Origin: Cladosporium halotolerans
Taxonomy: Eukaryota
Assembly (NCBI RefSeq): GCF_011745625.1
Contig: NW_027191458.1
Location: 62,001 to 126,000 of the forward strand
Reading direction: 5' to 3'
DNA: 64,000 nt
Part shown: one piece after another, positions 36,511 to 48,382 of the stretch
Numbering within the stretch: the first letter of the stretch is position 1
Layout of the letters: every line of letters begins with the position of its first letter
Made by a program: the position numbers and the translations under genes
Notes under the pieces: generated by a model
Seen by the model: the letters and a program-made list of their open reading frames with translations, nothing else
Told to the model about the DNA's origin: nothing
Database searches by the model: none

Positions 36511-38823
36511 ATGGCAGAGATCTTTGCTGCAGTAGCCAGCGGCGCCGGCCTCGTCTCGCTTTCGATACAGCTCCTCGAAAGCAGCCGTAAGCTGAAGGAG
36601 CTCTACAGCAACAGCAGAGAGGCACCAGACACAGTGGACAACCTTTACTTCGAGCTGGAAACTTTGTCTCTGCAGCTTCGCCGCTTAGAACGCCACCGAC
36701 AGCACGACCACCTCGATACGGAGCTCCATCGCTGCATCACCATATGTGAGAAGAAACCCCTTCGAGTTCGAGAGGTGATCGACCAGATGGCTCGATACAT
36801 ACGGAAATCGTCCGGGCTCGGCAGACTGTACACCGCATTCAAAGAGCCTGAGATGAGGAAGTTGCTTGAGGACTTGGAAAAAGCGAAGAGCTCGCTGAGC
36901 CTTGCGTATGCAAGCTATTGCCAGTAGCGACTCACCATCGCCCTGGACTAGACGAATCCTGCTGACGTGAGATACCAGATCTTGGAATATACACCACACT
37001 TCGAATCATGCCGCAGGTTTAGTACGGTATGGCGAAATGCTCTCAATACTGCAGCAACAAAGTTCCCCACACAAGACGTCCATTTCCTCGTTGGCGCAGA
37101 CTGTGCAAGCTCCCGATGGTCTGAAAGTCCCTGCGGGCAGGCAAAAGAATTCATCTTGTCAGCTTACAAATCCCGTTGCGAGAGAGCACTCTGCCATCGT
37201 CAAAAATCACTATGAAGATCGTCTGCTTAGTTCCAAGCGTCGCCTGTTGAGTCTCAGCATAAGCCCGCCTCTATGGCTCACAAGGAGGACATGGCATTTG
37301 GCAGTCTGCGAATCTCAAGGCTCCTGGACCATCAAAATTGACCCGATCAGTCTTCGGCCATTTCATGATATCGTTTTTAAGTTTGTCACCCAGGGTGACA
37401 CAATGATGGTACGAAAGCTCCTCGATGCAGGCGAGCTGTCTATCAGGGATCATATGCTTTCGCTCGGCGAAGGCATCAACATATTTGCTGTGAGCCAAAA
37501 TCTGTCATAGCTCAGCTGAGTGTGACTGAAAAAAGCAAATACATTCCAGTTGGCCGCCATTTCCGGTGAAGTCGAACTGTGTGATTTTTCATTAAATAGA
37601 TGCGAAACCTTTCGTGGCATCGATTCCGGATTCTCGTCCTTTCTGAACGGGCTCCCGCGTCATCGTTATACAACGCCAGCAGTCGTAGACCTACTGGTCT
37701 CAAATTACGGCATTCACATGGATTTCGATGTTAATGTTCTGGTCGAAACCTCGATACCACCCATCTGGGTACGCATTGGTCCTACGACACTGATGCACCA
37801 ACGGGGCCTACTCGATCATCTGCCCATTCCGGAACGTCTTCGCCTCGCAATGGAGCTCTAGACATCAGAAGATTTCATGCATGCCATTGGCTCTGCAGAC
37901 TGGAATGCTTTGGCTCATTGCTCTACGTTCTCTGGCCGAACAGCACTGCATTGGGCTGCAAGCCACTGTGTGAGGGGGTTAGATGATACCGAGCATGGTG
38001 AATACCCGACAAAGTCAATTGAGATCTCTAATTTCATTGCAAACCTACTTCGCGCTGGAGCTCCTCCGCATGCTTTGGATGCAGACGGCGAAACTCCTTT
38101 GCTTAATCTCATGTCCGTTACTGCGTACCGCACTCACAGCATGGTACGGTTTCAGAATCACTGCAGTCGGGCACTGGGGATTTGGAGTAGCATCCTCGAA
38201 GGTTGAGCACAAGATCACGTGTGGACATCTTGCAATATCAACCAATCCCTGGGTCAGTTTTATATCATTCTATAGATCAATCTGTCACTTGCTGGAAGCC
38301 AACTGATTGCGATGGAACTACAATATGCTGGCAGCGTGTCAGGACTGTGTACACCCGGCCAACGCTGCTACGATCTCTGGCACCGGCGCATACTGAAACT
38401 TTGTATAACGCTTCGATTGCACTACACATGTTTCATTGTACTCAAGACGATCACGGAATGATGCAGGCGGTGATTCGGAGGAACGAAAACTTGATCGATC
38501 GAAGCTGCGCGAGGCGGCGTCGCAGTGCTTCCGCACCACCCCTCTGGAAATACACCACTGGACACTTGTTTCGCGAGTACAATGATTATTTTTGCAAATC
38601 AAGCCCGCATCTGCGAGACTGGCAAGTTGCCATGTTCAAATGCCCGTTGACAGCAACATGGTGCCTTTCAGATCGTTCCGGAGACATCAGGAAATCAGCC
38701 AGAGACTGCATGAACGGGCGTCATGGCGTACATGGACTATTGAACAGTAGGCGAACCTTGCTGCTGTGTGAGTTTCGTCAAGACCAGGAACGAGAAAGGC
38801 TTCGGAGAATTGTTGAGATATGA
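36511..38823 (+). pseudogene. Disrupted fungal N-terminal helical (HeLo-like) domain plus ankyrin-repeat gene
   Basis: N-terminus MAEIFAAVASGAGLVSLSIQL...APDTVDNL. Introns 36924-36978 and 37490-37549. Ankyrin motifs GRTALHWAA and DADGETPL. In-frame TAG at 37859-37861 and a frame change near 38200. Confidence 0.65.
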
Positions 38824-39049
38824 GCACCAATTCAGAGTACTGAGTTGAGGAGCAAATTGGAAGAGATTCGCCATTGAAGAGTTGAATCAGCAATGCGTTA
38901 GTGTAGTCGTGAGCGCGACTTGATAAAGGCCGCAGTTTAGCGATGCCCAGCACTCATTTTCTTGTCAAGAGCCAGCCAGCTAGAACATCTTCGACCACCT
39001 GCATTGCTTACGTTGGTGGAGACCACGACGGATTCCGGATCAGAATCGT

Positions 39050-40660
39050 TCATGCATTGGGATCCTCCGTCTCAGCTTTCCGATTGCTCATCGCGATTAG
39101 TTCCTCCCCCACAGCTTTCTCCAGCGCTCCAATTGCTTCAGTCATCCGAATCCGGCCTCCCCACGTATGCATCGCAAGACCCAGCATCGGAAGACGTCGC
39201 AGCGTGCGCCCACTCAAGCACAGCCCCTCACATTTCTGCGCGAGCTCCCAAATACGCTGTCCCGGGCTTAGTGGGTTTTGACGTTGAGCCATGAGCGCAC
39301 TCGCCAGCGTAGGGATCTCATGATCCTGTTCATGGCATTGATCGCCCTGTATCATCGAAGAAGCAGGTATATGTGCAAATTCCTTCGTTTGAGGCGGGGT
39401 TCGGGTCATGACTGTGTGGCGTCTTTTACGAGTTGGCGACGACTGTTGAGTCCTCGGTGCCGAAGGTGGCGGGGATGAGGTCAATGTTCCATTAATATGC
39501 GGGACATCTTCGATGTCGTTAACGGAGAGCAACTCAGATCTGACTAGCTCGTTGAGGCAACCACGGAAGATGTTGTAGACCGCCGCCTTCGATGGGCATG
39601 GGATGTACTGCTTGATGTCGACGCGATCAAGGAAGGCAGGGTCCTGCAACTGGAATCAGCAGCTAGCTTGAAACGAAGCTCTTGAATTGACGCACGATCG
39701 CTTCAATGAGGTTGCTGGTGCAGCACACCAAGATGTTCGGAAAAGAGCGGACGCGGTCAAGGGCCGTGAGCAGCTGATTGGTAGCCTGTGATCTGGTTCA
39801 GCTGCACGTGTCTCTGGTTTCATGCGATATCTGTTCCTCATTACCCGCAAACCATCAATGCATTCATTGCCGGCTGTACCACGCTGGCGTGAAGACACAA
39901 TCGTCTCAACCTCATCAATGACCACAATGACCAGTCGGGCATGATCCTTCGCAAGACCTTGAACTTCATGAAACGTGTTCTCAATCAGTTTCCCGCTTTC
40001 GCCAAAGAACTTGCTGAACAGAGCGTTTGCGTTGACCTGAACCAGTACCGCTTTCGAAAATTGATCACCAAGACGAATGCTAAGCTTTTGTGCAAGAGCG
40101 CGGCAGAGCGTACTCTTCCCACTGCCTGGCGGGCCGTGCAGGAGGCAGAGCTTGTTCCAATTGAACGTTGCGAGGTTGAGGCCTGGCTTGCCCATCATAC
40201 CAACCATACGCACGAGGTAGCGGAGAAGGCGCGATGGAAGGCCATCTTCGAATACGAGGGAATCCCAATCCTCGTTCAGCGCGATGTTGGGCAGTGCGAT
40301 GACTCGGGAACGGGCGCTTTGAGGATCACTATCACGCTTGATGCTACGGCGTATTCCTGAATCACTTTCTGAGTGGAGTACGTAAGTCTGGCAGTCGAGG
40401 ACGGTGTCTGCCAAAGAGTAGTATCCAGTGGGCTCAAGCGGTCCAGTGAAGTCGGCAATGTCGATAGATCCTACATGCTCTAGGTGCTTGGTGTCCTGAT
40501 AACCAGCTAATTTGCCGAAAGTGACGGTGGCATAGTTTTCTTGGATCCACTCAGCAGCTGCCTTGCGCGTCGCTTGGTGAGCGTCTATGGGGCTACCCGA
40601 CGACTTTAACAGATGGATCTCGATGTGCAGTGTCGGAGTTAGTAGTGTTGCAGTGGCCAT
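39050..40660 (-). CDS. PCH2: Pachytene checkpoint AAA+ ATPase Pch2/TRIP13; exons 40660(or 40687)-39845, 39785-39696, 39643-39050
   Basis: Motifs WDSLVF, LLHGPPGSGKSTLCRALAQKLSIRL, LFSKFFGESGKL, IDEVET, R-ATNQLLTALD, DPAFLDRVDIKQYI and SGRTLRRLP. Confidence 0.93.
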
Positions 40661-41649
40661 CGTGAAGGTGTCGGAGCTCGGAAGCATGAGGTCTTTTTCG
40701 TCCGTTGTGTTGGCCGGGACGTCTTGAGCTGAAGTAAAGGTGAGGTCTGCTAACAGTCGTGCCTGCCTCAGCCAGCGAAGCTCAGGGGCGACTTCACCTC
40801 ATGGCTCAAAATGGAGTGCTCCAATTGAGCAGAGGGTGTGGCCAATGTAAGGTAGAATCTCGAAGACAGACCAGACAGTCATTAACTTTTGTTGCAAGCT
40901 GTACGATGTTCCATGTGAAGTTCGGCCGCCCTGTAGTTCTATTCGGAATATTTTGAGCATATACATCCTACTCTCCGGAAAATCATCAGGTCAGATCTAG
41001 TCTTGTCGTCGCCTGAACACGCTGACCAGACTCACGGTAGAATCTTTGAGATGCATCTTGGCCTCATAAATCGTGCAATCGTCATCTCTATTATCATTGA
41101 AGACTCGCTACGAGCCTTTTATTCAGGAAGCAGGCCTCTAACACCACGAGCGGGAGATGGAGTGCGTCTGGATCTACAACCATAAGAGTGTCGGGCAAAA
41201 TACCGAGCTCGGCTAGAGCGTGTGTCTATGCATTCGATGCTCTCATGATGTGACAGAGCGCTGTTTCTGGAACCATAGAATTGAGAAGCCGGGAGCATTA
41301 CCACAAAGCGGGTCGCTTAAAAAAACAAGAAGCAATCGATAGCCGTAACTGATGTGTGAGTTGTGGTCCTTTGAGTGAGAGGTCCTGCAGAGTGAAACAT
41401 TCGGGCCCTTGGGCGCAACTTTGGCGCACGGGGCATTTCCGAGCGCGTCGACAACGGCTGTTCGTGCCCTTGGTGTCGAAGCACAGCAACACTCTTCCAC
41501 CTGAATGCCGGCTCTTGACAGCAGCGTCAAGCAATGTGGATAGTGCCACTGTGCTGCAACATTCAAAACCAAGTCTGTGTAATGCATTTGTGACGGCAAT
41601 ACAAGTTGGCAAGGGCACTTGGCGACAGTTCAGGATCTCCATTCGAGAC

Positions 41650-42591
41650 ATGCGACACGTGATCTTTCTAGCGACTAGCACGGCAAGATGCTTGCGGCCA
41701 AGACGTGCAGTACATAGCATCTCTGGCAGAGCTTTCTCGGTCTCCTCCTGTGCCCTTCGTACCCTCAAGCCCTGGTCTGAGGCCGAGAGCCAAAAGGTAC
41801 AAGATCTCCTCGAGCAGGGCCTCTCATCCGGACGAATCGCGAAGCAACTCGAGAACCGCACGTTCTACGCCGTACGTCGTCACCTTGCCAAATCACGGAG
41901 AACGCCTGGAGAGCGAGCAGGCAGCTCGACCAAATCATGGACCCCGGAAGAAGACAAAATTCTGGCTTCCAAACGCGCCGCAGGCTTGAAGCATGCGGAA
42001 ATTCTCCCTTCGCTGCCCGGACGGAGTATCGAAGCCGTTCGCCAGCGCTGGCGGTTATATCTTCGCAATCGATCTGAGAACTCTGAAAGCCGGAAAGGCT
42101 CTTGGACAGCCGAAGAGCTTGAACGTCTGATTGATCTTAGGGTCAAGCAATTGCAATCTTTTCAAGACATCGCGAAGGAGCTGAAACGCTCAGTAGGCTC
42201 GGTCCGAGCGGTTTGGCATTTCAGAGCACGGCTTCAGGTTCCCCAAGTAGTGCAGGAATCTCTTCGGCGCCAACCTGGGTGGACTGTCGAAGACGACGAA
42301 CTCCTCATTTCCCTTGCTAGCAAGAAGAAGCTGACACGCCCTGACATCGCCGCTCGATTTCCGGGAAGGAGTGTCCAATCCGTCGAATCTCGGCTTGAGT
42401 CCCTCCAACACCGATTGAAGTGGAAACAGAGATCTTCGAGAAAGGAAGTAGCCGCCATCAAAAGTGCCTTAGAGCCAGTGCTTGGGGGAACGGCTACGAT
42501 TGAGCAGGTATTCGAGCAATTTCCCACTTTCAAGCAAAAGACAATCCGCGACATTCGGCGTCGGATGCGGCTTGGACTGTACAAAACATAG
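41650..42591 (+). CDS. Myb/SANT-like repeat protein (313 aa) with an N-terminal mitochondrial-presequence-like segment
   Basis: Four repeats start WSEAE, WTPEED, WTAEE and WTVEDD, each with an LPGRS/FPGRS-type helix-turn-helix. The N-terminus is Arg/Ser/Ala-rich with no acidic residues. Confidence 0.8.
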   Translation: MRHVIFLATSTARCLRPRRAVHSISGRAFSVSSCALRTLKPWSEAESQKVQDLLEQGLSSGRIAKQLENRTFYAVRRHLAKSRRTPGERAGSSTKSWTPEEDKILASKRAAGLKHAEILPSLPGRSIEAVRQRWRLYLRNRSENSESRKGSWTAEELERLIDLRVKQLQSFQDIAKELKRSVGSVRAVWHFRARLQVPQVVQESLRRQPGWTVEDDELLISLASKKKLTRPDIAARFPGRSVQSVESRLESLQHRLKWKQRSSRKEVAAIKSALEPVLGGTATIEQVFEQFPTFKQKTIRDIRRRMRLGLYKT

Positions 42592-42684
42592 GACAAATCC
42601 TTAGGCAGTGAAGATTTCGGACCGGAAGACGATGTAATTACCACACTAGAGCCTACCGCAAAGATGCATGACGATGAATGCAAC

Positions 42685-44085
42685 TCAGCTATAAGTCACT
42701 TGCTTCTTAGTCAAGTCACGCACTATCTGTTCCAACTCGTCCCGCTTTCGCTTCTTCTCTGCAGCTTCGTTGCCACTACCTTGAGCGAGTTCCTTTTCCT
42801 CCTGCTCGACTAAAGCGTCTTCCCAAGTTCTGGGACGCCAACACCTGATCGAACCATCGGTATGCGCTGAGTAAAACTCAACTTCATGTGCACGCCACGC
42901 CAGCGAAGTCGTCCGGTTCTTCAAATTTCGCATGCTCGGAGCAGGGCCTGCGGGTGCGGCTTGGCCGACGACGCGAAGCCGACGTTGAAGTGTGCCGGCA
43001 TGCAAGTCGAAGCTCAAGATTTCTTGCGGGCTTGGAAAGAAGATTGTTTCTGAGCCGACCGGCGATAGGTGGCTTGGGGCAAGCATGGGAATGAGGGAAG
43101 TGTTCTGCCCATTCCTGATAGAAGGCCCAAAGTTCGCTAGTGTGTTTGCTCCAGTGGTCATATCCCAAACTCGCATGCGCTCGTCCAACCCGGAAGATAC
43201 AAGGTGGTGGCCATCCTCCGTCCATACGATTCCGTTTACTGCACCCACATGCGCTCTGCCGCGTTCTCTCCTTCTGGCACCGGTGCCCTTACCGTCGTAG
43301 CCTGCTATTCCGATACTGTCTTCCATATCTAGCACGCCTAAGCTGCTAGCGCTTCGGCGAATATCCCATAGCCTGACAGACCCATCAGAGGCACCGCTCG
43401 CGAGGATGTTCTCGTTCTTGGGATGCCAAGTCAACGTTAGGACGGATCCAGAGTGGCCAGCGAGTGAATGCGCGCTCGCTCCTGATTGCAAATCAACAAG
43501 CCGGACGGCGGGATGCTGTGAACCGCAGGCGACCAGCAGGTGCGAAGCCACATCGGACGTGGCGTGAGAATATACTCTCGATCCCAGATCGAATTTTCCC
43601 GAAGCCTGCAATGTCTCTGAAGAAAAGATCTTCAAATGGTGGTCGTAGCCGCTGGTCAAGAAAGCGAGGGAATCGAAGGGAAAATACGAGACGTGATTTA
43701 TGCCCAAACTGGCTGTCGTCGACGTTCTCACTGCATGGCCGAGCGGCAAGTGTGTGACAGGCTCCCCTGGGGCTGTTGTTGCGGCTTCAAGATCCCATAT
43801 GGCGACCGATGAATCAGCGCCACCTGAGAGCAAGTAGCGTCCCTCAAACCGGTCGATGGCGATGCTGTTCACCCCCGCGGCATGGGCGATCGAGCTTGGC
43901 CTCACCGGTCGTTTTGTTTTGCTGTCTGCAGAGTCATCTCCGCTACCTGAGTGTCCCGCATTGCGAAGGCTGAAGCTCACGTCAGGCGCCGCTTGTATGG
44001 TGGCTAACAGCCTTTCATTCTGGGCTTTTTGGAAGGCATGTGAGTCGACGGAGCCGAGCTGGAGATTGAGAAGGAATGAGTTCAT
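42685..44085 (-). CDS. RAD28: Cockayne syndrome A / Rad28 WD40 protein (transcription-coupled repair)
   Basis: Motifs AHAAGVNSIAIDRFEGRYLLSGGAD, YFPFDSLAFLTSGYD, VRLVDLQSGASAHSLAGH, WDIRRS and AHVGAVNG. Confidence 0.9.
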   Translation of the reverse strand: MNSFLLNLQLGSVDSHAFQKAQNERLLATIQAAPDVSFSLRNAGHSGSGDDSADSKTKRPVRPSSIAHAAGVNSIAIDRFEGRYLLSGGADSSVAIWDLEAATTAPGEPVTHLPLGHAVRTSTTASLGINHVSYFPFDSLAFLTSGYDHHLKIFSSETLQASGKFDLGSRVYSHATSDVASHLLVACGSQHPAVRLVDLQSGASAHSLAGHSGSVLTLTWHPKNENILASGASDGSVRLWDIRRSASSLGVLDMEDSIGIAGYDGKGTGARRRERGRAHVGAVNGIVWTEDGHHLVSSGLDERMRVWDMTTGANTLANFGPSIRNGQNTSLIPMLAPSHLSPVGSETIFFPSPQEILSFDLHAGTLQRRLRVVGQAAPAGPAPSMRNLKNRTTSLAWRAHEVEFYSAHTDGSIRCWRPRTWEDALVEQEEKELAQGSGNEAAEKKRKRDELEQIVRDLTKKQVTYS

Positions 44086-44469
44086 CCATGCAAAAGACTC
44101 ATTCTCCTGTGCCGGATCAGATCATGAATTTTGAGTGTTTGTTACTCACGCGTGAGCGAGAAACCGAAGGTAGGTCGTGTTTCGAGGTGTCTCTATGCGG
44201 TCACCCGCGCCAGAGAGGCCCGAGCTTTGTCAGCCAGTGATGCGGTCACTTTGACCCCACGCACCAGAGCAATCAGGGCCCTTCAACTTTCTTGCTCTTT
44301 GTTGGAGGTCCTTTATGCCAGACCAGCTACACATTTTCTGAAAGCCATTGTAAACGTTTGATACCGCTGCACCTGCTTATTAAACGTCTCTTATTCTTCC
44401 GTACCATTTGCTCCCATTTCGCATCTTCACCAAACCCACAAATCGGATTGCGACACATCACAACGCGAA

Positions 44470-46782
44470 ATGGCTTCTGCTTCTGCGCAAGGCCCACAGG
44501 ACTCGGCTAGCACGAGTACAAGAGGGGGTGGTCGCGGGAGAGGGAGAGGGTCTCGTAATCGCGGCGGTGCAGCTATGGAGAGTGGTAGCAGCATAGCCGA
44601 AGGTGGAGAGGGAGGCAATACTCGCGGTCGCGGAAAAGGCAGAGGTCGTGGCAGAGGACGCGGAAACAGAGACAGGGCACATTCGCAAGGACAAGGCTCG
44701 GTTTCTGCTCAAGATCAGAACGCAGCTCCTATATCACAACCTGTCAGCCGCCCCGTCAAGGACGCACCAAACGCCGGAGCTGAAGATGATGACTCGGACG
44801 TTTGCTTTATCTGCGCCTCGCCTGTCGATCACCACAGTGTAGCGCCATGCAACCACAGGACCTGCCATGTCTGCGCTTTAAGATTGCGCGCTCTTTACAA
44901 GACCAAGGCATGCGCGCATTGTCGCACCGAATCGCCGACAGTGATCTTCACAGACGATGCTGAGAAGCGGTTTGAGGAGTTCCAGACCAATGATTTCTTC
45001 AGAAAGGACGACAACATGGGCATCAGCTATGAGAAGCAGGAGATCTTTGAGGACACTGTTGTGCTTCTTCGCTACAATTGCCCAGACCCGAACTGTGATG
45101 CTGCTTGCCTCGGCTGGCCCGACCTGCACCGTCACGTTCGCACAGTACACCAGAAGGTCATGTGCGATCTTTGCACTAGGAATAAGAAGGTCTTTACGCA
45201 TGAGCACCAGCTCTTCACCCAGCAAGAGCTGCGCAAGCACGAGAGGCACGGCGACGACACACCAGGATCCACCGAACAGACTGGTTTTGAGGGACATCCA
45301 GAGTGCGGCTTTTGCAGGCAGAGATTCTACGGCAGAGATGAGCTTTACACCCACTGCCGCGACAGGCACGAGCGTTGCCATCTGTGCGATAGAGTGACGG
45401 ATGCTAACAACCCTCGCTACTTCCTCGATTACAACGCTCTGGAGCAGCACTTCAACAAGGACCACTACCCCTGTACGGATCGTGAGTGCATGGAGAAGAA
45501 GTTTGTGGTTTTCGATTCGGCTATGGATCTCAAAGCGCATCAGGTAGAACAGCATCCCAACGGCCTCACCAAAGACGCAAGAAGGGTGGACCTTTCCGGT
45601 TTCAACTACCGCTCGGAATATTCTGAGGATCGTCCTCAGCGTGGAGGACGCAGGGAAGGGCGTGGTGGGAGGGGAGGTCGTGGTAGGGACCCTAACGCAG
45701 AGGGCCCTCCTCCGACGACTTCGGCCCACATGAGCAGAGCCGAAATTGCGCACCAGCGTGCGCGGGAGATTCAGAGCGCGCAGTCGATCTCAAGTCGTAC
45801 CTTTGGCGGTCAGCTCTCGCAGCCGGAGCCTCCTTCACAGGTGATTCCTCGACCCACTCACGAGCCCCGTCCTGCACAGCCCTCCGCACCTGCTCCGCAA
45901 GCAGCACCTGTTAGCAGCGAGCAGCTCACACCTCAAGAGCAAGCTCGCCGACTCCGTCACGCTGCAGTCACTGAGCGCGCAGCGAATCTGTTGCGCAACG
46001 ATAAGACCAAGTTAGAGGACTTTCGCGGGAGGATCTCTGCATTCCGCAATGGAACGCTCAATGCTCCAGACCTTATCGACACATTCTTTTCGCTCTTCGA
46101 TACCTCCTCAAACGAGCTCGGGAAGCTTGTCAAGGAACTCGCGGACATCTTCGAGATCCCCGGCAAGCGCGATGCCCTCCTCAAGGCATGGTCAGACTGG
46201 AAAGCCATCAACGAAGACTACCCTTCGTTGCCAGGCCCTTCCGGCGGCAATGCGACATCCTCAGTAGGCATGCTCGGCGCCGGCGTCGGCTCCTCGCGCG
46301 TCCTCAAGCTCAAGAGCTCAACAGCCCAGAGCTCCAGAGGCGCAGTAGGCAGCCAACCCACATGGACCGGCTCCAAGCGCCCGCCCGCATCGACAGGTGG
46401 TCCAGCCTTCCCAGCCCTCCCAACACGAAGCAAGCCCGCAGCTCCCGCGCCCACGCCTAGCTGGCTCGCGCCGAAGCCTTCCAGCTCAGCTGGCAGCTCC
46501 GCGCGTCCCAGTCCGACTCCGAGCCGCACCCAGTCCTCGCAGAACCTCGCCAGCGGCGCCGATGCTTTCCCATCGCTGCCGGCAGCGAGGAAGCCGACTA
46601 GCACGGTCTTCTCGCCGGGCTACTCCGGCGCGGGCGTCATCAGGTCGAGCAACAGCAGCACGCCGGTGAATGCATGGAGCGGCGCAAATAGTGCGGGTGC
46701 TTCCACGCCTACTGAGGAGCCGGCTCCTCAGAGGCAGGTGAAGGGGAGAAAGGGAAAGCAGGTCATGTTCCAGTGGGGTTGA
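44470..46782 (+). CDS. HEL2: E3 ubiquitin ligase Hel2/ZNF598 (ribosome quality control)
   Basis: RING CFICA...CNHRTCHVCALRLRALYK..CAHCR, C2H2 fingers (CDLCTRNKKVF, GHPECGFC, HERCHLCD) and FPAL/FPSL motifs. Confidence 0.95.
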   Translation: MASASAQGPQDSASTSTRGGGRGRGRGSRNRGGAAMESGSSIAEGGEGGNTRGRGKGRGRGRGRGNRDRAHSQGQGSVSAQDQNAAPISQPVSRPVKDAPNAGAEDDDSDVCFICASPVDHHSVAPCNHRTCHVCALRLRALYKTKACAHCRTESPTVIFTDDAEKRFEEFQTNDFFRKDDNMGISYEKQEIFEDTVVLLRYNCPDPNCDAACLGWPDLHRHVRTVHQKVMCDLCTRNKKVFTHEHQLFTQQELRKHERHGDDTPGSTEQTGFEGHPECGFCRQRFYGRDELYTHCRDRHERCHLCDRVTDANNPRYFLDYNALEQHFNKDHYPCTDRECMEKKFVVFDSAMDLKAHQVEQHPNGLTKDARRVDLSGFNYRSEYSEDRPQRGGRREGRGGRGGRGRDPNAEGPPPTTSAHMSRAEIAHQRAREIQSAQSISSRTFGGQLSQPEPPSQVIPRPTHEPRPAQPSAPAPQAAPVSSEQLTPQEQARRLRHAAVTERAANLLRNDKTKLEDFRGRISAFRNGTLNAPDLIDTFFSLFDTSSNELGKLVKELADIFEIPGKRDALLKAWSDWKAINEDYPSLPGPSGGNATSSVGMLGAGVGSSRVLKLKSSTAQSSRGAVGSQPTWTGSKRPPASTGGPAFPALPTRSKPAAPAPTPSWLAPKPSSSAGSSARPSPTPSRTQSSQNLASGADAFPSLPAARKPTSTVFSPGYSGAGVIRSSNSSTPVNAWSGANSAGASTPTEEPAPQRQVKGRKGKQVMFQWG

Positions 46783-47239
46783 TTCGAGTTTAGCATAAAC
46801 GCATCAGGCGACTGTTTTCGATTTGAGCGCAAATGTAAAATTGTTCAGAGTGAATAAAGCATCAGGGCTCCTACATGGGCCAAATCTCACATGTTCATAT
46901 CATTACTATTAGTCTTTCAAGTTCGTTTGAGTGCATATGAGCCGATCAAGCATAATTGTTTAAGTACCGCCAGTAAGAGAGACATCATTCGCAGTGAGAC
47001 ATTCCATTCATTCATGCATGCCTACAGAGTATCATTCCATGGGTATCATCCAAGGGCCGGTACAAAGCCGCCCAGTTATCACCAGTACAAGAATCGCTCG
47101 TTCCCTTTGTGCTAGCGACCTTTTGGCCATCCGCATTAGCAACAAAGATTTTCGAGCCCTGAAAAAACGCCGTCCGCTATGCACCCATCAACAGCAGAAA
47201 CGCCCGGAGTCATTCGTGGCAGGTCCGAGAACCGCCGAC

Positions 47240-47672
47240 TCAAATATCCAGCCCGCCGTTCGGCACGTTGGCCGCCATCTTCTTGAGCTCGAACTCCTTG
47301 GTGAACTCTTGGTCAAGCTGAGCGAGCTCGGTGATGAGCTCGCGACAGGCCTTGACGAGGGCGTCCTTCGGGGTGATCTCGCCGTCGGTGTGGATTCGCA
47401 GCTGGAAGGAGGCGAAAAGCGGGTGCGGGACCTTGTAGGCGGCGAAGGTGACGTGGTCGGAGCGGTACAGCTTGTCGCGCACCATATTGGCCAGGGTGTG
47501 GTCTTCTTTGTTGAAGGTGAAGAGCGCGGCATTGGCGACCTCTGTAGAGCGTTGTTAGTATGCTGAGGCAGTGTCGTTTGCGACAAGGTGGAGTGTACTC
47601 ACGGGTGATGGTCTCCATCTCGACCTTCTTCTCGCCTTCTCCGAGCAGGAACAGCTCGTGTCTGTCTGGCAT
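47240..47672 (-). CDS. RPB11: RNA polymerase II subunit Rpb11; exons 47672-47603 and 47541-47240; may start at the upstream in-frame ATG 47888
   Basis: PDRHELFLLGEGEKK...FNKEDHTLANMV...FAAYKVPHPL. Intron 47602-47542 is GTGAGT..CTAAC..CAG. Confidence 0.92.
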
Positions 47673-48382
47673 GTCAATTTCGGACCTTACTCTGCTGTAA
47701 GTGCTCCCATGGATGCGAACATCCATGCGATCGAAGAAGTGGGGAGTAGTGGCGGACCTCTCCCTCGGAGGCGGGGGAGGCAAGTCAGAGTGGGAGCTCG
47801 TTGAGGTGCGCCCACGCCTAGCTCTGGGCTGCTCGACCGGCAAATTGATGCGGCGACCGCTCGGCAATTTGTCCATGGTGGCATTCATGGTGAATGAAGT
47901 GTTTCCTTCTTTTGGAACGTTGCTCGTTGTGTGTTGTGGCCGCACAGGTAGGAGGTTGCGTGTTTGGTGAAAAGCTTGACGTACCTTTCGGGAGCGTTCA
48001 TATTTGCGTCGCGACACCGGTCGCAGGGTGATGCACTGCGGTGGGAAGGGCAACAACGACAAGCTCACGAGGAAGGAGCGACTGGGTTGCAGGCGCGGCG
48101 ACTTTGAAGTCTGGCGAAGTGAAGTCGAAGGTCGCGCGGCTGACCTTCCGCTTTGGGTGGCGTCTTCAGTTCACTGCGGAGGGGCGGAGGAAGATTAGTG
48201 CGGAGGCCAACGGTGATGACGGACTTCGATGGAGCAATGGATGCGGCGTGAATGATTACCTCGGTGCAGTTGGCCGAGTCCACGGCGTTTTGTCCGGCAG
48301 CTTTCGTGATGACCAGTCGCGTGATAAGTTGGTGGAGAGAATGATTGATGCCAATGCAAAGTTGATGAAAACGAAAGCGACA

